From Chromatiaceae bacterium (GTDB taxonomy: Bacteria; Pseudomonadota; Gammaproteobacteria; Chromatiales; Chromatiaceae), in the NCBI GenBank assembly GCA_013426805.1, contig JACDZG010000011.1, positions 4,942 to 28,941 of the forward strand: 24,000 nucleotides of DNA, written 5' to 3'. The notes under the pieces were generated by a model, which did no database searches, was not told the origin of the DNA, and was given only the letters and a program-made list of their open reading frames with translations. Positions 1-7,684 of the stretch are shown here, one piece after another; position 1 is the first letter of the stretch, and each line of letters starts with the position of its first letter. The position numbers and the translations under genes are program-made.

Positions 1-819
1 GAGCTCTTGCTTCAAGCCCTGAATAACGATGCCATCTATCTAGGGCCTTACAGACGACTGCCGTCCCGGGATTTTCGGCTGAGAGACGCGCCTTCCGCGC
101 CCGACTGGGGAAGTGGACTTGCCGCCTGGTATGCGTTGGCAGGCGCCGCCGATCCCTCGCTTGTGCAGCGGGTGAACGACTGGCTGTCCGGATCCAGCAC
201 CGGCTTTCGCACCGACTATTCCGTGGCAGTCCATCGAAATAAGATTGTCCCGATGGAAAGCTCGCTTTGGCAAGACCTCATGTCGGGCGATCTCGGCGCC
301 ATCGCGGACTCGATTCGCGAGCGACTTGAACAATTGCCGGAGGATGCGAATAAGCTTGAGCTTTGCGATGTCCGGACGGGCGTTTCGCTGGCACCCCAGG
401 ACCTTGGGGTGGGTATGTCGCAGCTCATTCCGGTCGTGGTCGCGGCGTTGCGACACGCCGCGGGAATCGTCGCCATCGAGGAGCCCGAGTCGAACCTCCA
501 CCCGGCCTTCCAGGTCGTCCTAGCCGACTTGTTCATCAGCCAGGCAAAGAGCAATCCCGACGCTCTGTTCCTGATCGAAACACATAGCGAGCACCTGATG
601 CTGCGCTGCCTGCGCCGGATCAGAGAAACGGCGAAGGGCGTCTTGCCGGAGGGAGTCCAGGCGGTGGTGCCGGATGACATCGCGGTGCATTTTGTCGAGT
701 CGACGGGAAGCGGGCCGCAGATTCGCCGCATCGAAATCGACGAGGATGGGGATTTCATTGACGAATGGCCCGGCGGTTTTTTTGAGGAGTCGTTCCATGA
801 AAAGTTTGCGGGGCGCTAA
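1..819 (+). CDS. AAA_15/AAA_21 (ABC-type) ATPase, C-terminal part with DUF3696-like tail; 5' end lies outside the window
   Basis: Frame 1 is open from base 1 (track ORF 7..819). It has Walker B/D-loop IVAIEEPESNLHP, H-loop LIETHSEHL, a GVGMSQLIPVV signature-like segment, and the C-terminal DEDGDFIDEWPGGFFEESF tail that I recognise from DUF3696-type ATPases. There is no Walker A in the window, so the N-terminus is missing. Confidence 0.75.
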   Translation, partial: ELLLQALNNDAIYLGPYRRLPSRDFRLRDAPSAPDWGSGLAAWYALAGAADPSLVQRVNDWLSGSSTGFRTDYSVAVHRNKIVPMESSLWQDLMSGDLGAIADSIRERLEQLPEDANKLELCDVRTGVSLAPQDLGVGMSQLIPVVVAALRHAAGIVAIEEPESNLHPAFQVVLADLFISQAKSNPDALFLIETHSEHLMLRCLRRIRETAKGVLPEGVQAVVPDDIAVHFVESTGSGPQIRRIEIDEDGDFIDEWPGGFFEESFHEKFAGR

Positions 820-821
820 GC

Positions 822-1832
822 ATGCTAGTTCCATTCGTCGTAGATCCTGAAAGTCTCGTACCGGAACCTTCGCAATCCAACGCGGACGCGTTGGATAGCC
901 ATATCGCGTTTCTGGAAACCTGGCAGCGCATTGGTCTATTGATATATGAAGAACCAACTTTTGAAGGGAGCCAGCTATGGCATAAGATTCATAAATTGCC
1001 CCAGTCCATCAGGTCGCTTTGGATGGAATTCCTGAAGCATAAATACGCCCTGATGGCCCCGACTCACAGAGGTTGGAGCGGGCATGTTTCTTACATCGCC
1101 CTGGAGCAGATCGTTGGCGAGGTTTCTGTTGCATTGGTTGATGAGACGATTGCTCTTGGGGAACTCAATCTCCCAGAAACCGACCTGCCAAAGGTCGTTG
1201 GAGGGCAAGGCGGTGTTGAGGTTTGCCTGCTGCGACGCGCAGGTCGCTCCCAAGTCTTCCAGGACGCAATAAAGCGTTCGGGAACACATATTCCTGGCGG
1301 TCAAGGGTACGAAACGACTTGGGCCGAGCGCTTTTATCGTTTGGCGACTGCCCCGATTAAGCATGTCGTTGTCGTTGACCGCTACGCGGTATGCCGGCAT
1401 CTAAACTGCCGACATGAGCATTATCTTTCGGGTATCGAGCGGTTCGTTCGCTTGCTGGACAGAGATGCCACTGGCCCGCGCCATCTCACCCTGTTTTCCG
1501 CCTTTGCCGAGGAGTGCCGAGAGGACATGCTGCCTGAGATAGAAGACTCACTCCGATGCATATTGCAGAGACTGTCCCGAAGGAACGTGAAGCGATTGAA
1601 GCTAGTGATGACAAAGAATTTCATATTTGGCCAAGACGCTCACGATCGCTTCGTCCGATTCGGCGACCATATTTGGGACTTGGGGATCGGCCTCGAAATT
1701 TTTGAGGGCTCGGCTTCTCCTGCGCGTTGCTCGGCGACGTTCAAGGCTCGAATCTGGGCGGATGACTACAGAGAGATTGAGCGGGCAATCGAATGTCATC
1801 CGAAAACGCTTGCGCGTAACATAGTCGCATAG
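822..1832 (+). CDS. hypothetical protein; C-terminal half resembles the MIT_C (MITD1 C-terminal, phospholipase-D-like fold) domain; partner of the upstream ATPase
   Basis: The ATG lies 2 nt after the ATPase stop (TAAGCATG). VVVVDRYAVCRH...IERFVRLL and HDRFVRFGDHIWDLGIGLEIF resemble, from memory, MITD1 IIEDPYIRHTHQ...FLRFCEML and [22 protein letters not shown]. The N-terminal ~170 aa are unassigned. Confidence 0.55.
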   Translation: MLVPFVVDPESLVPEPSQSNADALDSHIAFLETWQRIGLLIYEEPTFEGSQLWHKIHKLPQSIRSLWMEFLKHKYALMAPTHRGWSGHVSYIALEQIVGEVSVALVDETIALGELNLPETDLPKVVGGQGGVEVCLLRRAGRSQVFQDAIKRSGTHIPGGQGYETTWAERFYRLATAPIKHVVVVDRYAVCRHLNCRHEHYLSGIERFVRLLDRDATGPRHLTLFSAFAEECREDMLPEIEDSLRCILQRLSRRNVKRLKLVMTKNFIFGQDAHDRFVRFGDHIWDLGIGLEIFEGSASPARCSATFKARIWADDYREIERAIECHPKTLARNIVA

Positions 1833-1898
1833 AATGGTTGCGCCAATAAGCTATTAAGTCCTTCTGATCGCAAATATGCAAGAGCGAGGTTCGCAAGC

Positions 1899-2822
1899 AT
1901 GACCAGCGAAGCGGTGGTGGAAATTCATACGATCACAGTCAATGGCCTGCCTAAATTTGTGTCGGATTTTGATGGTCTTCGCTGCGCCATTGAGGGGCTG
2001 CGTGGAGGGATGAAATATCGTTATGGCTCCAGCGAAATACGGAACTGGGTCTTGGCAATGATGGCTGGCTGGTGCGGCAAAGAATGCTACAAGACATACC
2101 GCCTTAGTAAGTTCCTGCCTCTTGTACGGGCTAGGAGGTTCCCTTTGATAAATGGAAAGCTGCCTTGCCGCCATGATCTCGGGTCGCCGAAGCCTGATCG
2201 TACAACGATTGGCTACGGGCGTTGCAATATTCCCAACAAGCCGGTCTTTTACTGTTCGCTTTACGAAGACACGGCACTTGCCGAGTTAGATGCGCAACTG
2301 GGCGAAACGTTCGCAGTCGCTACATACGAGTTGCGCGAAAGTTTTTTAGTTTTTCCTTTAGGAGAGATAGATTACTTTCGTAGGACTGGGCAAACCTATA
2401 TTGGCCCAGCGCAGGGAGATGTCGTTGATCACTACCGGGAAATGCAGGCTAAAGAAAACTGGGATGGGATTCGCCTGTTGGACGCATTTCTTGCTGAACA
2501 GTTCCTTGAGCGCGCGACAAGCTCGGCTGATTACCGAGTGACGTCCGCGTTCTGCGATATCCTATTGGATGATTTTGGGGATAGGGGCGATGTGGATGCA
2601 ATTATGTATCCAAGCGTCGCTTTTCGTGCTGGCCTTAATTTTGCGGTTACTACGGAGGCGGAGCGAGTGAAGCTGCGGTTATTGCCGAAAGAGACAAGGA
2701 TCGTTCAAATTACGGAGGTGCTGGGATTCGGTATGTACAAGACAGAAGACCTATTCATTCTTGCAAGGGAGACGGAGCAAGGTGGACTGGAATGGGACAA
2801 GTGCGCCAGGCAAGATGCGTAG
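1899..2822 (+). CDS. RES-domain protein (NAD+-targeting toxin family), long form, no adjacent Xre/COG5642-type antitoxin
   Basis: GRCNIPNKPVFYCSLYEDTALAEL matches the RES Arg and Glu region (GRxN..g.pvlY.s....A..E). DAIMYPSVAFRAGLNFAV matches the Ser region (dgi.yPSv...g.N.v). G+C is visibly lower, with many A/T-ending codons compared with the core genes. Confidence 0.7.
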   Translation: MTSEAVVEIHTITVNGLPKFVSDFDGLRCAIEGLRGGMKYRYGSSEIRNWVLAMMAGWCGKECYKTYRLSKFLPLVRARRFPLINGKLPCRHDLGSPKPDRTTIGYGRCNIPNKPVFYCSLYEDTALAELDAQLGETFAVATYELRESFLVFPLGEIDYFRRTGQTYIGPAQGDVVDHYREMQAKENWDGIRLLDAFLAEQFLERATSSADYRVTSAFCDILLDDFGDRGDVDAIMYPSVAFRAGLNFAVTTEAERVKLRLLPKETRIVQITEVLGFGMYKTEDLFILARETEQGGLEWDKCARQDA

Positions 2823-2849
2823 CGGAAACGGGGGAGCGCGTAGGTTGGG

Positions 2850-2859
2850 GTTGAGGAAC
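2850..2859. repeat. left copy of the 10-bp target-site duplication GTTGAGGAAC flanking the IS4-family element
   Basis: An identical decamer occurs at 4317..4326, immediately outside the right inverted repeat. Confidence 0.7.
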
Positions 2860-4316
2860 CAGCCCTTTTAACGTGCAGCCAACATGCTGTAAGATATAGC
2901 TAATTTAATTTTTTTCGCGGACCCCATTGATCATGTTTGGTGAGATCCTCCAGAAATTTGCCGAGAAAAGTCCAGTCACCGTCATGGTGCGCGCCCTCTT
3001 GGAGCAGTTGCTCAACGCTGAAAAACTGGACCGCTGGTTCGAGGAGACACGCTGCAAGCAGTATACGCGCGACATCCTGTTTTCCTCTCTGGTCGGACTC
3101 CTGCTGCAAGTCGTCTGCAAGACGCGATCAAGCGTGCATGCGGCCTACCGCCATGCCGAGACTGGCACCTCCATCGTCGCCGTATACAAGAAATTGAAAG
3201 GGATCGAGCTGACCACTTCCCAAGGCTTGGTTCGTTACATTGCCGGGGAGTGCCGTGTCATGATCGAAACGATGCACGGTGAGCGTCCGGCGCTGCTGCC
3301 GGGGTACCGCGTGAAGTATCTGGATGGCAATTGTCTGGCGGCCACCGAGCATCGTTTGAAGCCGTTGCGCGACACGGCGGCGGGCCCCTTGCCCGGCAAG
3401 TCGCTGGTGGTGTTCGATGCCCAATTGGGCATCGCCGCGGATGTCTTTCCGTGCGCCGATGGACATGCCCAGGAGCGGGCCCTGCTGGGTAACGTGATTC
3501 CTACGGTGCAAGCGAAGGACGTGTGGGTCGCCGACCGGAATTTTTGTGTGACGCACTTCCTGTTCGGGATTCATCGCCAACAGGCGTATTTCATCATTCG
3601 GGAACATGCGGGGATTACGCCTAAGCCATTGGAAAAAATAAGATTTATTGGTCACAGCAAGAGCGGTGAAGTGTATGAGCAAGACATCCAGTTGACCGCT
3701 GCCGATGGCGCGCAACTGGTCCTGCGTCGCATCACCGTCATGCTCAACAAGAAGACCCGCAATGGCGATACGCGTCTGGTTCTGTTGACGACGCTGCCGG
3801 TCGCCGTTGCCGATGCTACCATCATTGCCGAGATCTACCGGACGCGATGGCGAATCGAAACCGCCTTTCCGAAGCTGACCTGCTATCTGAATTCCGAGAT
3901 CGATACGTTGGGTTATCCGCAAGCGGCACTATTCGGATTCTGCCTGGGATTGGTCGCTTTCAATCTCTATGCCGTCATCATGGCCGCGCTACGTGCCACT
4001 CATCCCACCCTGGACATCGATCAAACGATCTCGGAATACTACATGACGGGCGAGATTGCCGCGACCATGACCGGAATGAACCTGTTCGTTCCCGAGCACG
4101 AATGGCAACCGTTCGCCCACGCCACGCCGGATCAGTTTTGCGTGGCGCTGCTGTGGCTCGCCAGCTGCATTGATCTGCGTATCTTCTCGAAGACGACGCG
4201 AGGTCCGAAGAAACCGCCAACCGCGCGCACTAAATTCAAAGGGAAACCACATGTCTCGACCGCAAAGTTGCTCGCCGCCGCCGTGGTAGACCGAAAGTGA
4301 CACGTTAAAAGGGCTG
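2860..4316 (+). mobile_element. IS4-family insertion sequence (1457 bp) with perfect 16-bp terminal inverted repeats
   Basis: IRL is CAGCCCTTTTAACGTG (2860..2875) and IRR is CACGTTAAAAGGGCTG (4301..4316), its exact reverse complement. There is a single DDE transposase ORF and a flanking 10-bp direct repeat. Ends beginning 5'-CA and a 9-12 bp duplication are typical of IS4. Confidence 0.85.
2927..4300 (+). CDS. IS4-family DDE transposase
   Basis: DDE regions are YLDGNCL and VWVADRNFC, with the C1/YREK signature YRTRWRIETAFPKL. The stop codon abuts IRR. Confidence 0.9.
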   Translation: MIMFGEILQKFAEKSPVTVMVRALLEQLLNAEKLDRWFEETRCKQYTRDILFSSLVGLLLQVVCKTRSSVHAAYRHAETGTSIVAVYKKLKGIELTTSQGLVRYIAGECRVMIETMHGERPALLPGYRVKYLDGNCLAATEHRLKPLRDTAAGPLPGKSLVVFDAQLGIAADVFPCADGHAQERALLGNVIPTVQAKDVWVADRNFCVTHFLFGIHRQQAYFIIREHAGITPKPLEKIRFIGHSKSGEVYEQDIQLTAADGAQLVLRRITVMLNKKTRNGDTRLVLLTTLPVAVADATIIAEIYRTRWRIETAFPKLTCYLNSEIDTLGYPQAALFGFCLGLVAFNLYAVIMAALRATHPTLDIDQTISEYYMTGEIAATMTGMNLFVPEHEWQPFAHATPDQFCVALLWLASCIDLRIFSKTTRGPKKPPTARTKFKGKPHVSTAKLLAAAVVDRK

Positions 4317-4326
4317 GTTGAGGAAC
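4317..4326. repeat. right copy of the 10-bp target-site duplication GTTGAGGAAC
   Basis: Identical to 2850..2859. Confidence 0.7.
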
Positions 4327-4370
4327 GAACCCGAATAACACCAAAACCGCCATAAAAGAGAGGGATACAG

Positions 4371-4616
4371 ATGCAAGCCATCGAGTTGGTTGCTCACATT
4401 AACCCCGAGCATGAGCTTCACCTAAAGCTGCCGGACCACATCGAAACCGGTCCGGCACGGGTGATAATCTTGTTTGAAGCAGGCAAGACACCCAGCCTTC
4501 GCGGGAACCTCGATGATTTTCTTGACGCCCTTCCGATCAACCAGGTCGGCGGCATCGGCCACGATGAGATCATGCGCCGGATCGACGAAGAGCGCGCTTG
4601 TTGGGGCGACACCTGA
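4371..4616 (+). CDS. type II antitoxin (VapB-like, family not recognised) of the downstream PIN toxin
   Basis: 81-aa ORF with RBS GAGAGGGA upstream. Its stop overlaps the ATG of the PIN gene (ATGA-type overlap at 4614..4618). Confidence 0.6.
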   Translation: MQAIELVAHINPEHELHLKLPDHIETGPARVIILFEAGKTPSLRGNLDDFLDALPINQVGGIGHDEIMRRIDEERACWGDT

Positions 4617-5029
4617 TGGCCCGAGTTTATCCAGACGCCTGCATGGTCATCGACTTGGTGGAGGGCACTGCTGAGCAGCAGAACAAATTGAAGCTGGCCC
4701 TTAAGGGTCAGGATATCGTCAGTAGTGAGCTGATTCGGTTGGAAAGTCTGATCGGCGCTTTGCGCAGTAAGCACGGCGCTTATCTCGAAACCTATCGGAA
4801 GTTCTTCCTGGGTTGCACGATCATTCCGATGGACCGCGCGGTGTTTGAGCTGGCAACCGACCTGCGGGTTCAGTACGCCATCAAGACTCCCGACGCCCTT
4901 CATCTTGCGGCAGCGCTGCATGGCGGCTGCGCTGAGTTCTGGACCAATGACAAGCGTTTGGCCGTAGCGGGCGGAAATCACATCAGTATCGTGACCTGGA
5001 GCCACCTCGGCACATCAACGGGGCCGTAG
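4616..5029 (+). CDS. vapC: PIN-domain toxin VapC
   Basis: The four acidic PIN positions are present in order: VYPDACMVIDL, SSELIRLES, TPDALHLAAA, WTNDKRL. Start chosen at the ATG overlapping the antitoxin stop (track ORF begins at 4598 in the same frame). Confidence 0.8.
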   Translation: MARVYPDACMVIDLVEGTAEQQNKLKLALKGQDIVSSELIRLESLIGALRSKHGAYLETYRKFFLGCTIIPMDRAVFELATDLRVQYAIKTPDALHLAAALHGGCAEFWTNDKRLAVAGGNHISIVTWSHLGTSTGP

Positions 5030-5158
5030 CTTAGGGTGAGAAGCGAGTGCCGAACGCTTTTGACGCCTTGCGTGGCTTCCCCATGCCCCGGCGTTGCGTG
5101 GCTAATCCAGCCGCTGGAGCGGCCAAGACTGCATTCCCACGCAGGGCATGGGAATGAG
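5021..5158. repeat. copy 1 of a ~140-bp structured REP/MITE-like repeat
   Basis: Aligns with 7685..7830 in the same orientation. Shared blocks include GGGCCGTAGCTT(A/G)GGGTGAGAAGCGA and a 33-nt identical run GCCGCTGGAGCGGCCAAGACTGCATTCCCACGC. Contains hairpins GCCGC-TGGA-GCGGC and CATTCCCA-N9-TGGGAATG. Confidence 0.85.
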
Positions 5159-5181
5159 AAGACGGGAAGACGAGGTGAACA

Positions 5182-5415
5182 ATGACAGACATGATTGAAG
5201 CTTGGTACGACGGGAAGGTCTTTCGTCCGACCGGACCGATCGCCCTGGCCCCCAATACCCGCGTGCGCATCACCATCGAGAGCCTGCAGCCCGCCGAGCG
5301 GGAGGCCCCGTCTTTCCTGCGCACGGCGCGCGCGCTTGAGCTGGAAGGCCCCCCCGACTGGTCAGAGAACGTCGACGCGTATCTGTATGGTGGGGAGCGA
5401 CCCCATGTCGACTGA
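5182..5415 (+). CDS. DUF104/AF2212-like antitoxin
   Basis: N-terminus MTDMIEAWYDGKVFRPTGPIALAPNTRVRITIE is the classic DUF104 pattern (I.A.Y.nGvf.P...v.L.eg..V.itI). It overlaps the downstream PIN gene by 11 nt. Confidence 0.75.
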   Translation: MTDMIEAWYDGKVFRPTGPIALAPNTRVRITIESLQPAEREAPSFLRTARALELEGPPDWSENVDAYLYGGERPHVD

Positions 5416-5830
5416 CGTGTTTCTGGACACCGCCTATGCGATTGCTCTTTCCTCGGCAAAGGATCAGTTTCATGTGCGTGCCATCGCGCTCGCCGAGCAG
5501 ATGGAGGCGGCGAGAACTCCACTCGTGACAACCCGTGCGGTTCTTTTGGAAATCGGCAACGCCTTATCCAAGCTACGCTATCGGCAGGCGGCGGTGAAAC
5601 TCCTGGACTCACTCGAAGCGGACCCGACGGTGGAGATCGTCCCGCTTTCCGAGGGGCTCTACGCCCGCGCCGCGAAACTCTACCGGGAGCGCACCGATAA
5701 GGAGTGGGGTCTCACAGACTGCATCTCAATTATTGTCATGCAGGATCGTGGGCTGACCGACGCACTCACCACCGACGGGCATTTTCAACAGGCGGGATTT
5801 CGGGCCTTGCTGCGCGAGGGCTTCTCGTGA
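5405..5830 (+). CDS. vapC: PIN-domain toxin VapC
   Basis: PIN acidic positions are VFLDTAYAI, VLLEIGNAL, LTDCISIIVM, TTDGHF. Start chosen at the ATG at 5405 (track ORF 5195..5830, same frame). Confidence 0.8.
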   Translation: MSTDVFLDTAYAIALSSAKDQFHVRAIALAEQMEAARTPLVTTRAVLLEIGNALSKLRYRQAAVKLLDSLEADPTVEIVPLSEGLYARAAKLYRERTDKEWGLTDCISIIVMQDRGLTDALTTDGHFQQAGFRALLREGFS

Positions 5831-6012
5831 CCATCAATAAAGGGGAGATCGACGCCATCGGCCAAGTGCATTCACTGGAGTCACTCATCCGCCTGCCGCC
5901 CGGTCGCTCCCTGCTCACATTGCTGGATGACCAAGCGAATGAGCCAGCCCTGTTGGCAGAGACGTCGCTGGCCAAAGATCGGGATGCGGCGACCACTGGA
6001 GACACACCATGA
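5827..6012 (+). CDS. possible 61-aa protein bridging vapC and the ATPase (GTG start)
   Basis: The GTG at 5827 overlaps the vapC stop (GTGA) and its stop overlaps the ATPase ATG (ATGA at 6009..6012). No family recognised. Could be non-coding spacer in an open GC-rich frame. Confidence 0.3.
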   Translation: MTINKGEIDAIGQVHSLESLIRLPPGRSLLTLLDDQANEPALLAETSLAKDRDAATTGDTP

Positions 6013-7085
6013 TCGAAAGCGTCGAGCTCAAAAATTTCGGCCCCATTGTGGACTTCGCCTGGCGCGATCTCTCGCCGATCAATCTGGTCATCGGGCGTAA
6101 CGGCACCGGCAAGACCTTCCTGCTCAAGGCGCTGTATTGTGCGCTCCGGGCACTGGAAGAAAAACGCGGCGACGAGCCGATGAGCTCCGGGGAGATCCTG
6201 GAGAAGAAGCTCTTTTGGACCTTTCAATATGACAACCTCGGGGATTTGGTGCGAAGCGGCTCCGCTGCCGACCTGTCCGCGAAGGTCATGCTGCGGTGGC
6301 CGATGTTTCCGCTCGAGCCGGCAAAGCCGCTCGCCTTTTCGATCCCCCAGAACGCCAAGCGGGGCGATGTCCGTTTCAAGAATCAGGCGATCAGAACCCC
6401 TAACTACACTTCGATTTTCATTCCCGCTAAAGAGGTTCTCTCTTTGCACAATGTGATCCAGCGGACGCGCCGGGACCTGCGCTTGTTCGGCTTCGACGAT
6501 ACCTATCTGGATCTTGTCGACGCCTTGAGCTATCAACCAGACGTCCTCGACTATCCGCAAGGCGTAGCGCAGCCGATGTCAGCGCTTCACCAGCGGGTTG
6601 GTGGCCGTGCCGATTACGATCTCGTCATGACGCCATCTCAGGGCATTCCGATTCCTCAAAGCGTCTGGCGCTTCCGCGTCGGCGATCGGGAGCACGCAAT
6701 CGGTCTGGCGGCCGAGGGTGCCCGCAAGCTCGCAGTCTTGGATCGTCTTCTGCGTAACCGCCAGCTACGCAGAGGGTCGATTCTGTTTGTCGATGAGCCC
6801 GAGTCGACGCTGCATCCGGAGGCGATCACCGCTTTTCTCGATGTGCTTTATTCATTGGTCGAGGCGTTCGGCCAGGATATTCAGATCTTCCTCGCAAGCC
6901 ACTCCTATTTTGTCGTCAAGAAACTGTATCTGATCGCCCAGGAGAAGGGAATCTCGATTCCCGTGGCCATGGCCGAAGGGGACCACTGGGAGACCGCCGA
7001 TCTGAAGGACGGCATGCCTTCCAATCCCATTATCGATGAGTCTATCCGGCTTTACAAAGAAGAAGTGGACCTGGTGTTGAAATGA
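6009..7085 (+). CDS. ABC/AAA_21-type (RecF/SMC-like) ATPase
   Basis: N-terminal IESVELKNFGPI, Walker A GRNGTGKT, signature-like LAAEGARKL, Walker B/D-loop ILFVDEPESTLHP, H-loop FLASHS. GGAG RBS lies 8 nt upstream. Confidence 0.85.
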   Translation: MIESVELKNFGPIVDFAWRDLSPINLVIGRNGTGKTFLLKALYCALRALEEKRGDEPMSSGEILEKKLFWTFQYDNLGDLVRSGSAADLSAKVMLRWPMFPLEPAKPLAFSIPQNAKRGDVRFKNQAIRTPNYTSIFIPAKEVLSLHNVIQRTRRDLRLFGFDDTYLDLVDALSYQPDVLDYPQGVAQPMSALHQRVGGRADYDLVMTPSQGIPIPQSVWRFRVGDREHAIGLAAEGARKLAVLDRLLRNRQLRRGSILFVDEPESTLHPEAITAFLDVLYSLVEAFGQDIQIFLASHSYFVVKKLYLIAQEKGISIPVAMAEGDHWETADLKDGMPSNPIIDESIRLYKEEVDLVLK

Positions 7086-7609
7086 ATGTTGGGGCGATTG
7101 TCGAGTCTGGCATGTCCTTCGGACCGTACCCTCAGGGGCACTGCTTCCATATCGAACGCAGCCGACTGTATGGGCGGATCGCGCACGGCGTCAAGATGGC
7201 TGAGATGATCGTGTTGCCTTGCGCCGCTGCCGATCCACCGCGCCTGTGGATCATCGAAGCGAAGTCGAGTACACCCCGTCCGGAGACGCAGCCGAGCTTC
7301 GACGACTTTATCTGCGAGATCCGCGGCAAGCTGATGAACGCCTTGACGCTCTTGATTGCGGCCTCGCTCGGACGACATGAGAACGGGCGCGACGCGCTTC
7401 CCGAGACCTTCAAGACGACCGATTTTGCTCGGGCCGACTTTCGGCTGGTGCTGGTCATCAACGGACACCAGGATGCTTGGTGCGTTCCCTTGCAGGATGC
7501 GTTGTCCAAAGCGCTGCACGCGACCGTGAGAACCTGGGCGCTCAAACGGACGTCGGTTGCGGTTATCAACGATGCCACGGCGCGACGATATGGACTGATT
7601 GATCTTTGA
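7082..7609 (+). CDS. small protein with a putative PD-(D/E)xK (restriction-endonuclease-like) core; partner of the ATPase
   Basis: ATGA overlap with the ATPase stop. A hydrophobic strand KMAEMIVL is followed ~12 aa later by LWIIEAKSS (ExK on a beta-strand-like segment), the usual spacing of PD-(D/E)xK motifs II/III. No other family recognised. Confidence 0.5.
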   Translation: MNVGAIVESGMSFGPYPQGHCFHIERSRLYGRIAHGVKMAEMIVLPCAAADPPRLWIIEAKSSTPRPETQPSFDDFICEIRGKLMNALTLLIAASLGRHENGRDALPETFKTTDFARADFRLVLVINGHQDAWCVPLQDALSKALHATVRTWALKRTSVAVINDATARRYGLIDL

Positions 7610-7684
7610 TCACCGATCAGGGCGGCGAGTCGAAGGTAACCCGATGTTGCGTACCATCGCATTAGCGATCTACGTTGGGGCCAA

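Noticed and set aside
3128-3922. 264-aa minus-strand ORF inside the IS4 element
   Set aside because: It is antisense to the transposase, which has clear DDE/YREK motifs. No independent support.
5031-5612. 193-aa minus-strand ORF, and similarly 7662..8030 and 7670..7870 (-), and 7675..7986 and 7722..8189 (+)
   Set aside because: These are built largely from the ~140-bp repeat (pseudo-peptides such as HALRGNAVLAAPAA / HAERGNE) or are antisense to the vapBC genes. Repeat-derived ORFs of this kind are well-known annotation artefacts.
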